Below, piece after piece: positions 1 to 12,300 of a stretch of DNA of 64,000 nucleotides. This stretch comes from Eledone cirrhosa. Its lineage: Eukaryota. Within the stretch, counting starts at the first letter, position 1, and each line of letters starts with the position of its first letter. The notes beneath the pieces were generated by a model. The model did no database searches. It saw only the letters and a program-made list of their open reading frames with translations, and had not been told where the DNA came from. The position numbers were made by a program, and so were the translations under genes. The stretch lies in the NCBI GenBank assembly GCA_964016885.1, contig OZ024740.1, forward strand, positions 19,964,001 to 20,028,000. Direction: 5' to 3'.

Positions 1-1379
1 CAGTGTCCTCTCGACAGCTAACAACTGATGCAGTCACCCGACAGCTAACAACTGATGCAGTGTCCTCTCGAAAGCTAACAACTGATGCAGTGTCCCGACA
101 GCTAACAACTGATGCAGTGTCCCGACAGCTAACAACTGATGCAGTGTCTCGACAGCTAACAACTGATGCAGTGTCCTTCCGACAGCTAACAACTGATGCA
201 GTGTCCTTTCGACAGCTAAAAACTGATACAGTGATTCGACATCTAACAACTGATGCAGTGTCCTCTCGACAGCTAACAACTGATGCAGTGATTCGACAGC
301 TAACAACTGATGCAGTGTCCTCTCGACAGCTAACAACTGATGCAGTGATTCGACATCTAACAACTGATACAGTGTCCTCTCGACAGCTAATAACTGATGC
401 AGTGCTCAGACAGCTAACAACTGATGCAGTGTCCTCGCGACAGCTAACAACTGATGCAGTGTCCCGACAGCTAATATCTGATGAGGTGTCTCGACAGCTA
501 ACAACTGATGCAGTGTCCTCTCGGCAGCTAACAAAATATGCAGTTTCCTCTCGAGAGCTAACACCTGATGCAGTGTCCTTTCGACAGCTAACAACTGATG
601 CAGTGTCCTCTCGACAGCTAACAAAATATGCAGTTTCTTATCGACAGCTAACAACTGATGCAGTGTCCTCCCGACAGATAACAACTGATGCAGTGTCCTC
701 TCGACAGCTAACAAATGATGCAGTGTTCCGACAGCTAACAACTGATGCAGTGTCCCCTCGACAGCTAACAACTGATGCAGTGTCCCAACAGCTAACAACT
801 GATACAGTGTCTCGACAGCTAACAACTGATGCAGTTTCCCGAAAGCTAACAACTGATGCAGTGTCTCGAGAAGCTAACAACTGATGCAGTGTCCCGAAAG
901 CTAACAACTGATGAAGTGTCTAGACAGCTAACAACTGATGCAGTGTCCCAACAGCTAACAACTGATGCAGTGTCCTCTCGACAGCAAACAACTGATGCAG
1001 TGTCCCGACAGCTAACAACTGATGCAGTGTCCCGACAGCTAACAACTGATGCAGTGTCCTCTCGACTGCTAACAACTGATGCAGTGTCCTCTCGACAGCT
1101 AACAACTGATGCAGTGTCTCAAGAGCTAACAACTGATGCAGTGTCCCGACAGCTAACAACTGATGCAGTGTCAACTCGACAGCTAACAACTGATGCAGTG
1201 TCCTCTCGACAGCTAACAACTGATGCAGTGTCCTCTCGACAGCTAACAACCTATGCAGTGTCCCGACAGCTAACAACTGCTGCAGTGTCCCGACAGCTAA
1301 CAACTGATGCAGTGTCCTCTCGACAGCTAACAACTGATGCAGTGTCCTAACAGCTAACAACTGATGCAGTGTCCTCTCG

Positions 1380-2040
1380 AAAGCTAAAAACTGATGCAGT
1401 GTCCTCTCGACAGCTAACAACTGATGCAGTGTCTCGAAATCTAACAACTGATGCAGTGTCCCGACAGCTAACAACTGATGCAGTGTCTTCTCGACAGCTA
1501 ACAACTGATGCAGTGTCCTGACAGCTGACAACTGATGCAGTGTCCCGACAGCTAACAACTGATGCAGTGTCTCGACAGCTAACAACTGATGCAGTGACCC
1601 GACAGCTAACAACTGATGCAGTGATTCGACATCTAACCACTGATGCAGTGTCCTCTCGACAGCTAACAACTGATGCAGTGTCCTCCCGACAGCTAACAAC
1701 TGATGCAGTGTCCTCTCGAAAGCTAAAAACTGATGCAGTGTCCTCTCGACAGCTAACAACTGATGCAGTGTCTCGAAATCTAACAACTGATGCAGTGTCC
1801 CGACAGCTAACAACTGATGCAGTGTCCTCTCGACAGCTAAAAACTGATGCAGTGTCCTGACAGCTGACAACTGATGCAGTGTCCCGACAGCTAACAACTG
1901 ATGCAGTGTCTCGACAGCTAACAACTGATGCAGTGACCCGACAGCTAACAACTGATGCAGTGATTCGACATCTAACCACTGATGCAGTGTCCTCTCGACA
2001 GCTAACAACTGATGCAGTGTACTCCCGACAGCTAACAACT
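1380..2040 (+). repeat. 339-bp 12-monomer sub-HOR (7x27 + 5x30), locally duplicated; first of about 11 occurrences
   Basis: The 'cctgacagctgaca' marker recurs 339 bp apart: ORF starts 1540/1879, 5947/6286, 10271/10610, 13890/14229, 22737/23076, 25940/26279, 27383/27722, 32368/32707, 35571/35910 and 39875/40214. Confidence 0.9.
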
Positions 2041-2774
2041 GATGCAGTGTCCTCTCGACAGCTAACAACTGATGCAGTGTCCTCTCGACAGCTAACAACT
2101 GATGCTGTGCTCAGACAGCTAACAACTGATGCAGTGTCCCGACAGCTAACAACTGATGCAGTGTCTCGACAGCTAACAACTGATGCAGTGCTCAGACAGC
2201 TAACAACTGATGCAGTGCTCAGACAGCTAACAACTGATGCAGTGTCTCGACAGCTAACAATTGATGCAGTGTCCTCTCGACAGCTAACAACTGATGCAGT
2301 GTCCTCTCGACAGCTAACAACTGATGCAGTGTCCTCTCGACAGCTAACATCTGATGCAGTGTCTCGACATCTAACAACTGATGCAGTGTCTCGACAGCTA
2401 ACAACTGATGCAGTGTCTCGACAGCTAAACAACTGATGCAGTGTCCTCTCGACAGCTAACAACTGATGCAGTGTCTCAAGAGCTAACAACTGATGCAGTG
2501 TCCCGACAGCTAACAACTGATGCAGTGTCAGCTCGACAGCTAACAACTGATGCAGTGTCCTCTCGACAGCTAACAACTGATGCAGTGCCTCGACAGCTAA
2601 CAACTGATGTAGTGTCCTCTCGACAGCTAACAACCTATGCAGTGTCCCTACAGCTAACAACTGATGCAGTGTCTCGAAATCTAACCACTGATGCAGTGTC
2701 CCGACAGCTAACAACTGATGCAGTGTCCTCTCGACAGCTAACAACTGATGCAGTGTCCTGACAGCTGACAACTG

Positions 2775-3110
2775 ATGCAGTGTCCCGACAGCTAACAACT
2801 GATGCAGTGTTTCGACAGCTAACAACTGATGCAGTGACCCGACAGCTAACAGCTGATGCAGTGATTCGACATCTAACCACTGATGCAGTGTCCTCTCGAC
2901 AGCTAACAACTGATGCAGTGTCCTCCCGACAGCTAACAACTGATGCAGTGTCCCGACAGCTAACAACTGATGCAGTGTCTCGACAGCTAACAACTGATGC
3001 AGTGACCCGACAGCTAACAACTGATGCAGTGATTCGACATCTAACCACTGATGCAGTGTCCTCTCGACAGCTAACAACTGATGCAGTGTCCTCCCGACAG
3101 CTAACAACTG
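2775..3110 (+). repeat. 168-bp 6-monomer sub-HOR duplicated (4x27 + 2x30)
   Basis: The 'gtgaccc...gtgattcgacatctaaccact' pair lies at 2834 and 3002. The same doublet, with its 'aacagctgat' variant, recurs near 17620/17788 and 20376/20544. Confidence 0.8.
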
Positions 3111-6100
3111 ATGCAGTGTCCTCTCGAAAGCTAAAAACTGATGCAGTGTCCTCTCGACAGCTAACAACTGATGCAGTGTCCTCTCGACAGCTAACAACTG
3201 ATGCAGTGTCCTCTCGACAGCTAACAACTGATGCAGTGTCCCGACAGCTAACAACTGATGCAGTGTCTCGACAGCTAACAACTGATGCAGTGTCTCGACA
3301 GCTAAACAACTGATGCAGTGTCTCGACGGCTAACAACTGATGCAGTGTCCTTCCGACAGCTAAAAACTAATGCAGTGTCCTCTCGTCAGCTAACAACTGA
3401 TGCAGTGTCCTCTCGACAGCTAACAACTGATGCAGTGTCCTCTCGACAGCTAACAACTGATGCAGTGTCCTCTCGACAGCTAACAACTGATGCAGTGTCT
3501 CGACAGCTAACAACTGATGCAGTGTCTCGAAAGCTAACAACTGATGCAGTGTCTCGACAGCTAACAACTGATGCAGTGATTCGACATCTAACAACTGATA
3601 CAGTCTCCACGCAGGTAACAACTGATGCAGTGTCCTCTCGACAGGTAACAACTGATGAAGTGTCCTCTCGACAGCTAACAACTGATGCAATGTCCTCTAT
3701 ACAGCTAACAACTTATGCAGTGTCCTCTCGACAGCTAACAACTGATGCAGTGTCCTCTCGACAGCTAACAACTGATGCAGTGTCCCGACAGCTAACAACT
3801 GATGCAGTGTCTCGACATCTAACAACTGATGCAGTGTCCCAATAGCTAACAACTGATGCAGTGTCCTTTCGACAGCTAACAACTGATGCAATGTCCTCTA
3901 TACAGCTAACAACTTATGCAGTGTCCTCTCGACAGCTAACAACTGATGCAGTGTCTTCTCGACAGCTAACAACTGATGCAGTGTCTCGACAGCTAACAAC
4001 TGATGCAGTGTCCACGCAGGTAACAACTGATGCAGTGTCCTCCCGACAGCTAACAACTTATGCAGTGTCCTCTTGACAGCTAACAACTGATGCAATGTCC
4101 TCTATACAGCTAACAAATTATGCAGTGTCCTCTCGACAGCTAACAACTGATGCAGTGTCCTCTCGACAGCTAACAACTGATGCAGTGTCCCGACAGCTAA
4201 CAACTGATGCAGTGTCTCGACATCTAACAACTGATGCAGTGTCCCAACAGCTAACAACTGATGCAGTGTCCTTTCGACAGCTAACAACTGATGCAGTGTC
4301 CCGATAGCTAACAACTGATGCAGTGTCCTCTCGACAGCTAACAACTGATGCAGTGTCCTCTCGACAGCTAACAACTGATGCAGTGTCCCGACAGCTAACA
4401 ACTGATGCAGTGTCCTCTCGACAGCTAACAACTGATGCAGTCACCCGACAGCTAACAACTGATGCAGTGTCCTCTCGAAAGCTAACAACTGATGCAGTGT
4501 CCCGACAGCTAACAACTGATGCAGTGTCCCGACAGCTAACAACTGATGCAGTGTCTCGACAGCTAACAACTGATGCAGTGTCCTTCCGACAGCTAACAAC
4601 TGATGCAGTGTCCTTTCGACAGCTAAAAACTGATACAGTGATTCGACATCTAACAACTGATGCAGTGTCCTCTCGACAGCTAACAACTGATGCAGTGATT
4701 CGACAGCTAACAACTGATGCAGTGTCCTCTCGACAGCTAACAACTGATGCAGTGATTCGACATCTAACAACTGATACAGTGTCCTCTCGACAGCTAATAA
4801 CTGATGCAGTGCTCAGACAGCTAACAACTGATGCAGTGTCCTCGCGACAGCTAACAACTGATGCAGTGTCCCGACAGCTAATATCTGATGAGGTGTCTCG
4901 ACAGCTAACAACTGATGCAGTGTCCTCTCGGCAGCTAACAAAATATGCAGTTTCCTCTCGAGAGCTAACACCTGATGCAGTGTCCTTTCGACAGCTAACA
5001 ACTGATGCAGTGTCCTCTCGACAGCTAACAAAATATGCAGTTTCTTATCGACAGCTAACAACTGATGCAGTGTCCTCCCGACAGATAACAACTGATGCAG
5101 TGTCCTCTCGACAGCTAACAAATGATGCAGTGTTCCGACAGCTAACAACTGATGCAGTGTCCCCTCGACAGCTAACAACTGATGCAGTGTCCCAACAGCT
5201 AACAACTGATACAGTGTCTCGACAGCTAACAACTGATGCAGTTTCCCGAAAGCTAACAACTGATGCAGTGTCTCGAGAAGCTAACAACTGATGCAGTGTC
5301 CCGAAAGCTAACAACTGATGAAGTGTCTAGACAGCTAACAACTGATGCAGTGTCCCAACAGCTAACAACTGATGCAGTGTCCTCTCGACAGCAAACAACT
5401 GATGCAGTGTCCCGACAGCTAACAACTGATGCAGTGTCCCGACAGCTAACAACTGATGCAGTGTCCTCTCGACTGCTAACAACTGATGCAGTGTCCTCTC
5501 GACAGCTAACAACTGATGCAGTGTCTCAAGAGCTAACAACTGATGCAGTGTCCCGACAGCTAACAACTGATGCAGTGTCAACTCGACAGCTAACAACTGA
5601 TGCAGTGTCCTCTCGACAGCTAACAACTGATGCAGTGTCCTCTCGACAGCTAACAACCTATGCAGTGTCCCGACAGCTAACAACTGCTGCAGTGTCCCGA
5701 CAGCTAACAACTGATGCAGTGTCCTCTCGACAGCTAACAACTGATGCAGTGTCCTAACAGCTAACAACTGATGCAGTGTCCTCTCGAAAGCTAAAAACTG
5801 ATGCAGTGTCCTCTCGACAGCTAACAACTGATGCAGTGTCTCGAAATCTAACAACTGATGCAGTGTCCCGACAGCTAACAACTGATGCAGTGTCTTCTCG
5901 ACAGCTAACAACTGATGCAGTGTCCTGACAGCTGACAACTGATGCAGTGTCCCGACAGCTAACAACTGATGCAGTGTCTCGACAGCTAACAACTGATGCA
6001 GTGACCCGACAGCTAACAACTGATGCAGTGATTCGACATCTAACCACTGATGCAGTGTCCTCTCGACAGCTAACAACTGATGCAGTGTCCTCCCGACAGC

Positions 6101-9100
6101 TAACAACTGATGCAGTGTCCTCTCGAAAGCTAAAAACTGATGCAGTGTCCTCTCGACAGCTAACAACTGATGCAGTGTCTCGAAATCTAACAACTGATGC
6201 AGTGTCCCGACAGCTAACAACTGATGCAGTGTCCTCTCGACAGCTAAAAACTGATGCAGTGTCCTGACAGCTGACAACTGATGCAGTGTCCCGACAGCTA
6301 ACAACTGATGCAGTGTCTCGTCAGCTAACAACTGATGCAGTGACCCGACAGCTAACAACTGATGCAGTGATTCGACATCTAACCACTGATGCAGTGTCCT
6401 CTCGACAGCTAACAACTGATGCAGTGTACTCCCGACAGCTAACAACTGATGCAGTGTCCTCTCGACAGCTAACAACTGATGCAGTGTCCTCTCGACAGCT
6501 AACAACTGATGCTGTGCTCAGACAGCTAACAACTGATGCAGTGTCCCGACAGCTAACAACTGATGCAGTGTCTCGACAGCTAACAACTGATGCAGTGCTC
6601 AGACAGCTAACAACTGATGCAGTGCTCAGACAGCTAACAACTGATGCAGTGTCTCGACAGCTAACAATTGATGCAGTGTCCTCTCGACAGCTAACAACTG
6701 ATGCAGTGTCCTCTCGACAGCTAACAACTGATGCAGTGTCCTCTCGACAGCTAACATCTGATGCAGTGTCTCGACATCTAACAACTGATGCAGTGTCTCG
6801 ACAGCTAACAACTGATGCAGTGTCTCGACAGCTAAACAACTGATGCAGTGTCTCGACAGCTAACAACTGATGCAGTGTCCTTCCGACAGCTAAAAACTAA
6901 TGCAGTGTCCTCTCGTCAGCTAACAACTGATGCAGTGATTTGACATCTAACAACTGATGCAGTGTCCTCTCGACAGCTAACAACCTGATGCAGTGTCCTC
7001 TCGACAGCTAACAACTGATGCAGTGTCTCGACAGCTAACAACTGATGCAGTGTCCTCTCGACAGCTAACAACTGATGCAGTGTCCTCTCGACAGCTAACA
7101 ACTGATGCAGTGTCTCAAGAGCTAACAACTGATGCAGTGTCCCGACAGCTAACAACTGATGCAGTGTCAACTCGACAGCTAACAACTGATGCAGTGTACT
7201 CTCGACAGCTAACAACTGATGCAGTGCCTCGACAGCTAACAACTGATGTAGTGTCCTCTCGACAGCTAACAACCTATGCAGTGTCTCGACAGCTAACAAC
7301 TGATGCAGTGCCTCGACAGCTAACAACTGATGCAGTGTCCCGACAGCTAACAACTGATGCAGTGTCTAGACAGCTAACAACTGATGCAGTGTCCTCTCGA
7401 CAGCTAACAACTGATGCAGTGTCCCAACAGCTAACAACTGATGCAGCGTCCTCTCGAAAGTTAAAAACTGATGCAGTGTCCTCTCGACAGCTAACAACTG
7501 ATGCAGTGTCTCGAAATCTAACCACTGATGCAGTGTCCCGACAGCTAACAACTGATGCAGTGTCTCGACAGCTAACAACTGATGCAGTGTCCCGAAAGCT
7601 AACAACTGATGCAGTGTCTCGAGAAGCTAACAACTGATGCAGTGTCCCGAAAGCTAACAACTGATGAAGTGTCTAGACAGCTAACAACTGATGCAGTGTC
7701 CCAACAGCTAACAACTGATGCAGTGTCCTCTCGACAGCAAACAGCTGATGCAGTGTCCCGACAGCTAACAACTGATACAGTGTCCCGACAGCTAACAACT
7801 GATGCAGTGTCCTCTCGACTGCTAACAACTGATGCAGTGTCCTCTCGACAGCTGACAACTGATGCAGTGTCTCAAGAGCTAACAACTGATGCATTGTCCC
7901 GACAGCTAACAACTGATGCAGTGTCAACTCGACAGCTAACAACTGCTGCAGTGTCCCGACAGCTGACAACTGATACAGTGTCTCGACAGCTACAACTGAT
8001 GCAGTGTCCTCTCGACAGCTAACAACTGATGCAGTGTCTCGAAATCTAACAACTGATGCAGTGTCCCGACAGCTAACAACTGATGCAGTGTCCTCTCGAC
8101 AGCTAACAACTGATGCAGTGTCCTTACAGCTGACAACTGATGCAGTGTCCCGACAGCTAACATCTGATGCAGTGTCTCGACAGCTAACAACTGATGCAGT
8201 GACCCGACAGCTAACAACTGATGCAGTGATTCGACATCTAACCACTGATGCAGTGTCCTCTCGACAGCTAACAACTGATGCAGTGTCCTCCCGACAGCTA
8301 ACAACTGATGCAGTGTCCTCTCGACAGCTAACAACTGATGCAGTGTCCTCTCGACAGCTAACAACTGATGATGTGTCTCGACAGCTAACAACTGATGCAG
8401 TGTCCTCTCGACAGCTAACAACTGATGCAGTGTCCTCTCGACAGCTAACATCTGATGCAGTGTCTCGACAGCTAACAACTGTTGCAGTGTCTCGACAGCT
8501 AACAACTGATGCAGTGTCTCGACAGCTAAACAACTGATGCAGTGTCTCGACAGCTAACAACTGATGCAGTGTCCTTCCGACAGCTAAAAACTAATGCAGT
8601 GTCCTCTCGTCAGCTAACAACTGTTGCAGTGATTTGACATCTAACAACTGATGCAGTGTCCTCTCGACAGCTAACAACTGATGCAGTGTCCTCTCGACAG
8701 CTAACAACTGATGCAGTGTCTCGACAGCTAACAACTGATGCAGTGTCTCGACAGCTAACAACTGATGCAGTGTCCTCTCGACAGCTAACAACTGATGCAG
8801 TGTCCTCTCGACAGCTAACAACTGATGCAGTGTCTCAAGAGCTAACAACTGATGCAGTGTCCCGACAGCTAACAACTGATGCAGTGTCAACTCGACAGCT
8901 AACAACTGATGCAGTGTCCTCTCGACAGCTAACAACTGATGCAGTGCCTCGACAGCTAACAACTGATGTAGTGTCCTCTCGACAGCTAACAACCTATGCA
9001 GTGTCCCTACAGCTAACAACTGATGCAGTGCCTCGACAGCTAACAACTGCTGCAGTGTCCCGACAGCTAACAACTGGTGCAGTGTCCCGACAGCTAACAA

Positions 9101-9389
9101 CTGATGCAGTGTCCTCTCGACGGCTAACAACTGATGCAGTGTCCTTACAGCTGACAACTGATGCAGTGTCCCGACAGCTAACAACTGATGCACTGTCTCG
9201 ACAGCTAACAACTGATGCAGTGACCCGACAGCTAACAACTGATGCAGTGATTCGACATCTAACCACTGATGCAGTGTCCTCTCGACAGCTAACAACTGAT
9301 GCAGTGTCCTCCCGACAGCTAACAACTGATGCAGTGTCCTCTCGACAGCTAACAACTGATGCAGTGTCCTCTCGACAGCTAACAACTGA

Positions 9390-12300
9390 TGCAGTGTCCT
9401 CCCGACAGATAACAACTGATGCAGTGTCCTCTCGACAGCTAACAAATGATGCAGTGTTCCGACAGCTAACAACTGATGCAGTGTCCCCTCGACAGCTAAC
9501 AACTGATGCAGTGTCCCAACAGCTAACAACTGATACAGTGTCTCGACAGCTAACAACTGATGCAGTTTCCCGAAAGCTAACAACTGATGCAGTGTCTCGA
9601 GAAGCTAACAACTGATGCAGTGTCCCGAAAGCTAACAACTGATGAAGTGTCTAGACAGCTAACAAATGATGCAGTGTCCCAACAGCTAACAACTGATGCA
9701 GTGTCCTCTCGACAGCAAACAACTGATGCAGTGTCCCGACAGCTAACAACTGATGCAGTGTCCCGACAGCTAACAACTGATGCAGTGTCCTCTCGACTGC
9801 TAACAACTGATGCAGTGTCCTCTCGACAGCTAACAACTGATGCAGTGTCTCAAGAGCTAACAACTGATGCAGTGTCCCGACAGCTAACAACTGATGCAGT
9901 GTCAACTCGACAGCTAACAACTGATGCAGTGTCCTCTCGACAGCTAACAACTGATGCAGTGTCCTCTCGACAGCTAACAACCTATGCAGTGTCCCGACAG
10001 CTAACAACTGCTGCAGTGTCCCGACAGCTAACAACTGATGCAGTGTCCTCTCGACAGCTAACAACTGATGCAGTGTCCTAACAGCTAACAACTGATGCAG
10101 TGTCCTCTCGAAAGCTAAAAACTGATGCAGTGTCCTCTCGACAGCTAACAACTGATGCAGTGTCTCGAAATCTAACAACTGATGCAGTGTCCCGACAGCT
10201 AACAACTGATGCAGTGTCCTCTCGACAGCTAACAACTGATGCAGTGTCCTGACAGCTGACAACTGATGCAGTGTCCCGACAGCTAACAACTGATGCAGTG
10301 TCTCGACAGCTAACAACTGATGCAGTGACCCGACAGCTAACAACTGATGCAGTGATTCGACATCTAACCACTGATGCAGTGTCCTCTCGACAGCTAACAA
10401 CTGATGCAGTGTCCTCCCGACAGCTAACAACTGATGCAGTGTCCTCTCGAAAGCTAAAAACTGATGCAGTGTCCTCTCGACAGCTAACAACTGATGCAGT
10501 GTCTCGAAATCTAACAACTGATGCAGTGTCCCGACAGCTAACAACTGATGCAGTGTCCTCTCGACAGCTAACAACTGATGCAGTGTCCTGACAGCTGACA
10601 ACTGATGCAGTGTCCCGACAGCTAACAACTGATGCAGTGTCTCGACAGCTAACAACTGATGCAGTGACCCGACAGCTAACAACTGATGCAGTGATTCGAC
10701 ATCTAACCACTGATGCAGTGTCCTCTCGACAGCTAACAACTGATGCAGTGTACTCCCGACAGCTAACAACTGATGCAGTGTCCTCTCGACAGCTAACAAC
10801 TGATGCAGTGTCCTCTCGACAGCTAACAACTGATGCTGTGCTCAGACAGCTAACAACTGATGCAGTGTCCCGACAGCTAACAACTGATTCAGTGTCTCGA
10901 CAGCTAACAACTGATGCAGTGCTCAGACAGCTAACAACTGATGCAGTGCTCAGACAGCTAACAACTGATGCAGTGTCTCGACAGCTAACAATTGATGCAG
11001 TGTCCTCTCGACAGCTAACATATGATGCAGTGTCCTCTCGACAGCTAACAACTGATGCAGTGTCCTCTCGACAGCTAACAACTGATGCAGTGTCCTCTCG
11101 ACAGCTAACAACTGATGATGTGTCTCGACAGCTAACAACTGATGCAGTGTCCTCTCGACAGCTAACAACTGATGCAGTGTCCTCTCGACAGCTAACATCT
11201 GATGCAGTGTCTCGACATCTAACAACTGATGCAGTGTCTCGACAGCTAACAACTGATGCAGTGTCTCGACAGCTAAACAACTGATGCAGTGTCTCGACAG
11301 CTAACAACTGATGCAGTGTCCTTCCGACAGCTAAAAACTAATGCAGTGTCCTCTCGTCAGCTAACAACTGATGCAGTGATTTGACATCTAACAACTGATG
11401 CAGTGTCCTCTCGACAGCTAACAACCTGATGCAGTGTCCTCTCGACAGCTAACAACTGATGCAGTGTCTCGACAGCTAACAACTGATGCAGTGTCTCGAC
11501 AGCTAACAACTGATGCAGTGTCCTCTCGACAGCTAACAACTGATGCAGTGTCCTCTCGACAGCTAACAACTGATGCAGTGTCTCAAGAGCTAACAACTGA
11601 TGCAGTGTCCCGACAGCTAACAACTGATGCAGTGTCAACTCGACAGCTAACAACTGATGCAGTGTCCTCTCGACAGCTAACAACTGATGCAGTGCCTCGA
11701 CAGCTAACAACTGATGTAGTGTCCTCTCGACAGCTAACAACCTATGCAGTGTCTCGACAGGTAACAAGTGATGCAGTGCCTCGACAGCTAACAACTGCTG
11801 CAGTGTTCCGACAGCTAACAACTGATGCAGTGTCTAGACAGCTAACAACTGATGCAGTGTCCTCTCGACAGCTAACAACTGATGCAGTGTCCCAACAGCT
11901 AACAACTGATGCAGTGTCCTCTCGAAAGCTAAAAACTGATGCAGTGTCCTCTCGACAGCTAACAACTGATGCAGTGTCTCGAAATCTAACCACTGATGCA
12001 GTGTCCCGACAGCTAACAACTGATGCAGTGTCTCGACAGCTAACAACTGATGCAGTGTCCCGAAAGCTAACAACTGATGCAGTGTCTCGAGAAGCTAACA
12101 ACTGATGCAGTGTCCCGAAAGCTAACAACTGATGAAGTGTCTAGACAGCTAACAACTGATGCAGTGTCCCAACAGCTAACAACTGATGCAGTGTCCTCTC
12201 GACAGCAAACAACTGATGCAGTGTCCCGACAGCTAACAACTGATGCAGTGTCCCGACAGCTAACAACTGATGCAGTGTCCTCTCGACTGCTAACAACTGA

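Larger units (their letters stand above)
1..6852 (+). repeat. Higher-order duplication, offset 4407 bp (1..~2445 repeated at 4408..~6852)
   Basis: ORF pairs 34/4441, 406/4813, 856/5263, 1540/5947 and 1879/6286 all differ by 4407 and share rare variants (gtcacccg, ctcgcga, aaatatgcagtttc, gagaagc). The match ends just after the 'ctaaacaact' monomer. Confidence 0.92.

Noticed and set aside
1-60. RAG/Transib recombination signal or integron attC-like sites (CAGTG, short inverted ends)
   Set aside because: TGCAGTG lacks the essential CAC of the CACAGTG heptamer and there is no nonamer. There are no RYYYAAC/GTTRRRY-bounded cassettes or cargo genes between repeats.
7985-8000. Single-base deletion 'gctacaact'
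   Set aside because: It is a singleton in an AA run and not propagated to sister copies, so it may be a sequencing or consensus error; not interpretable without reads.
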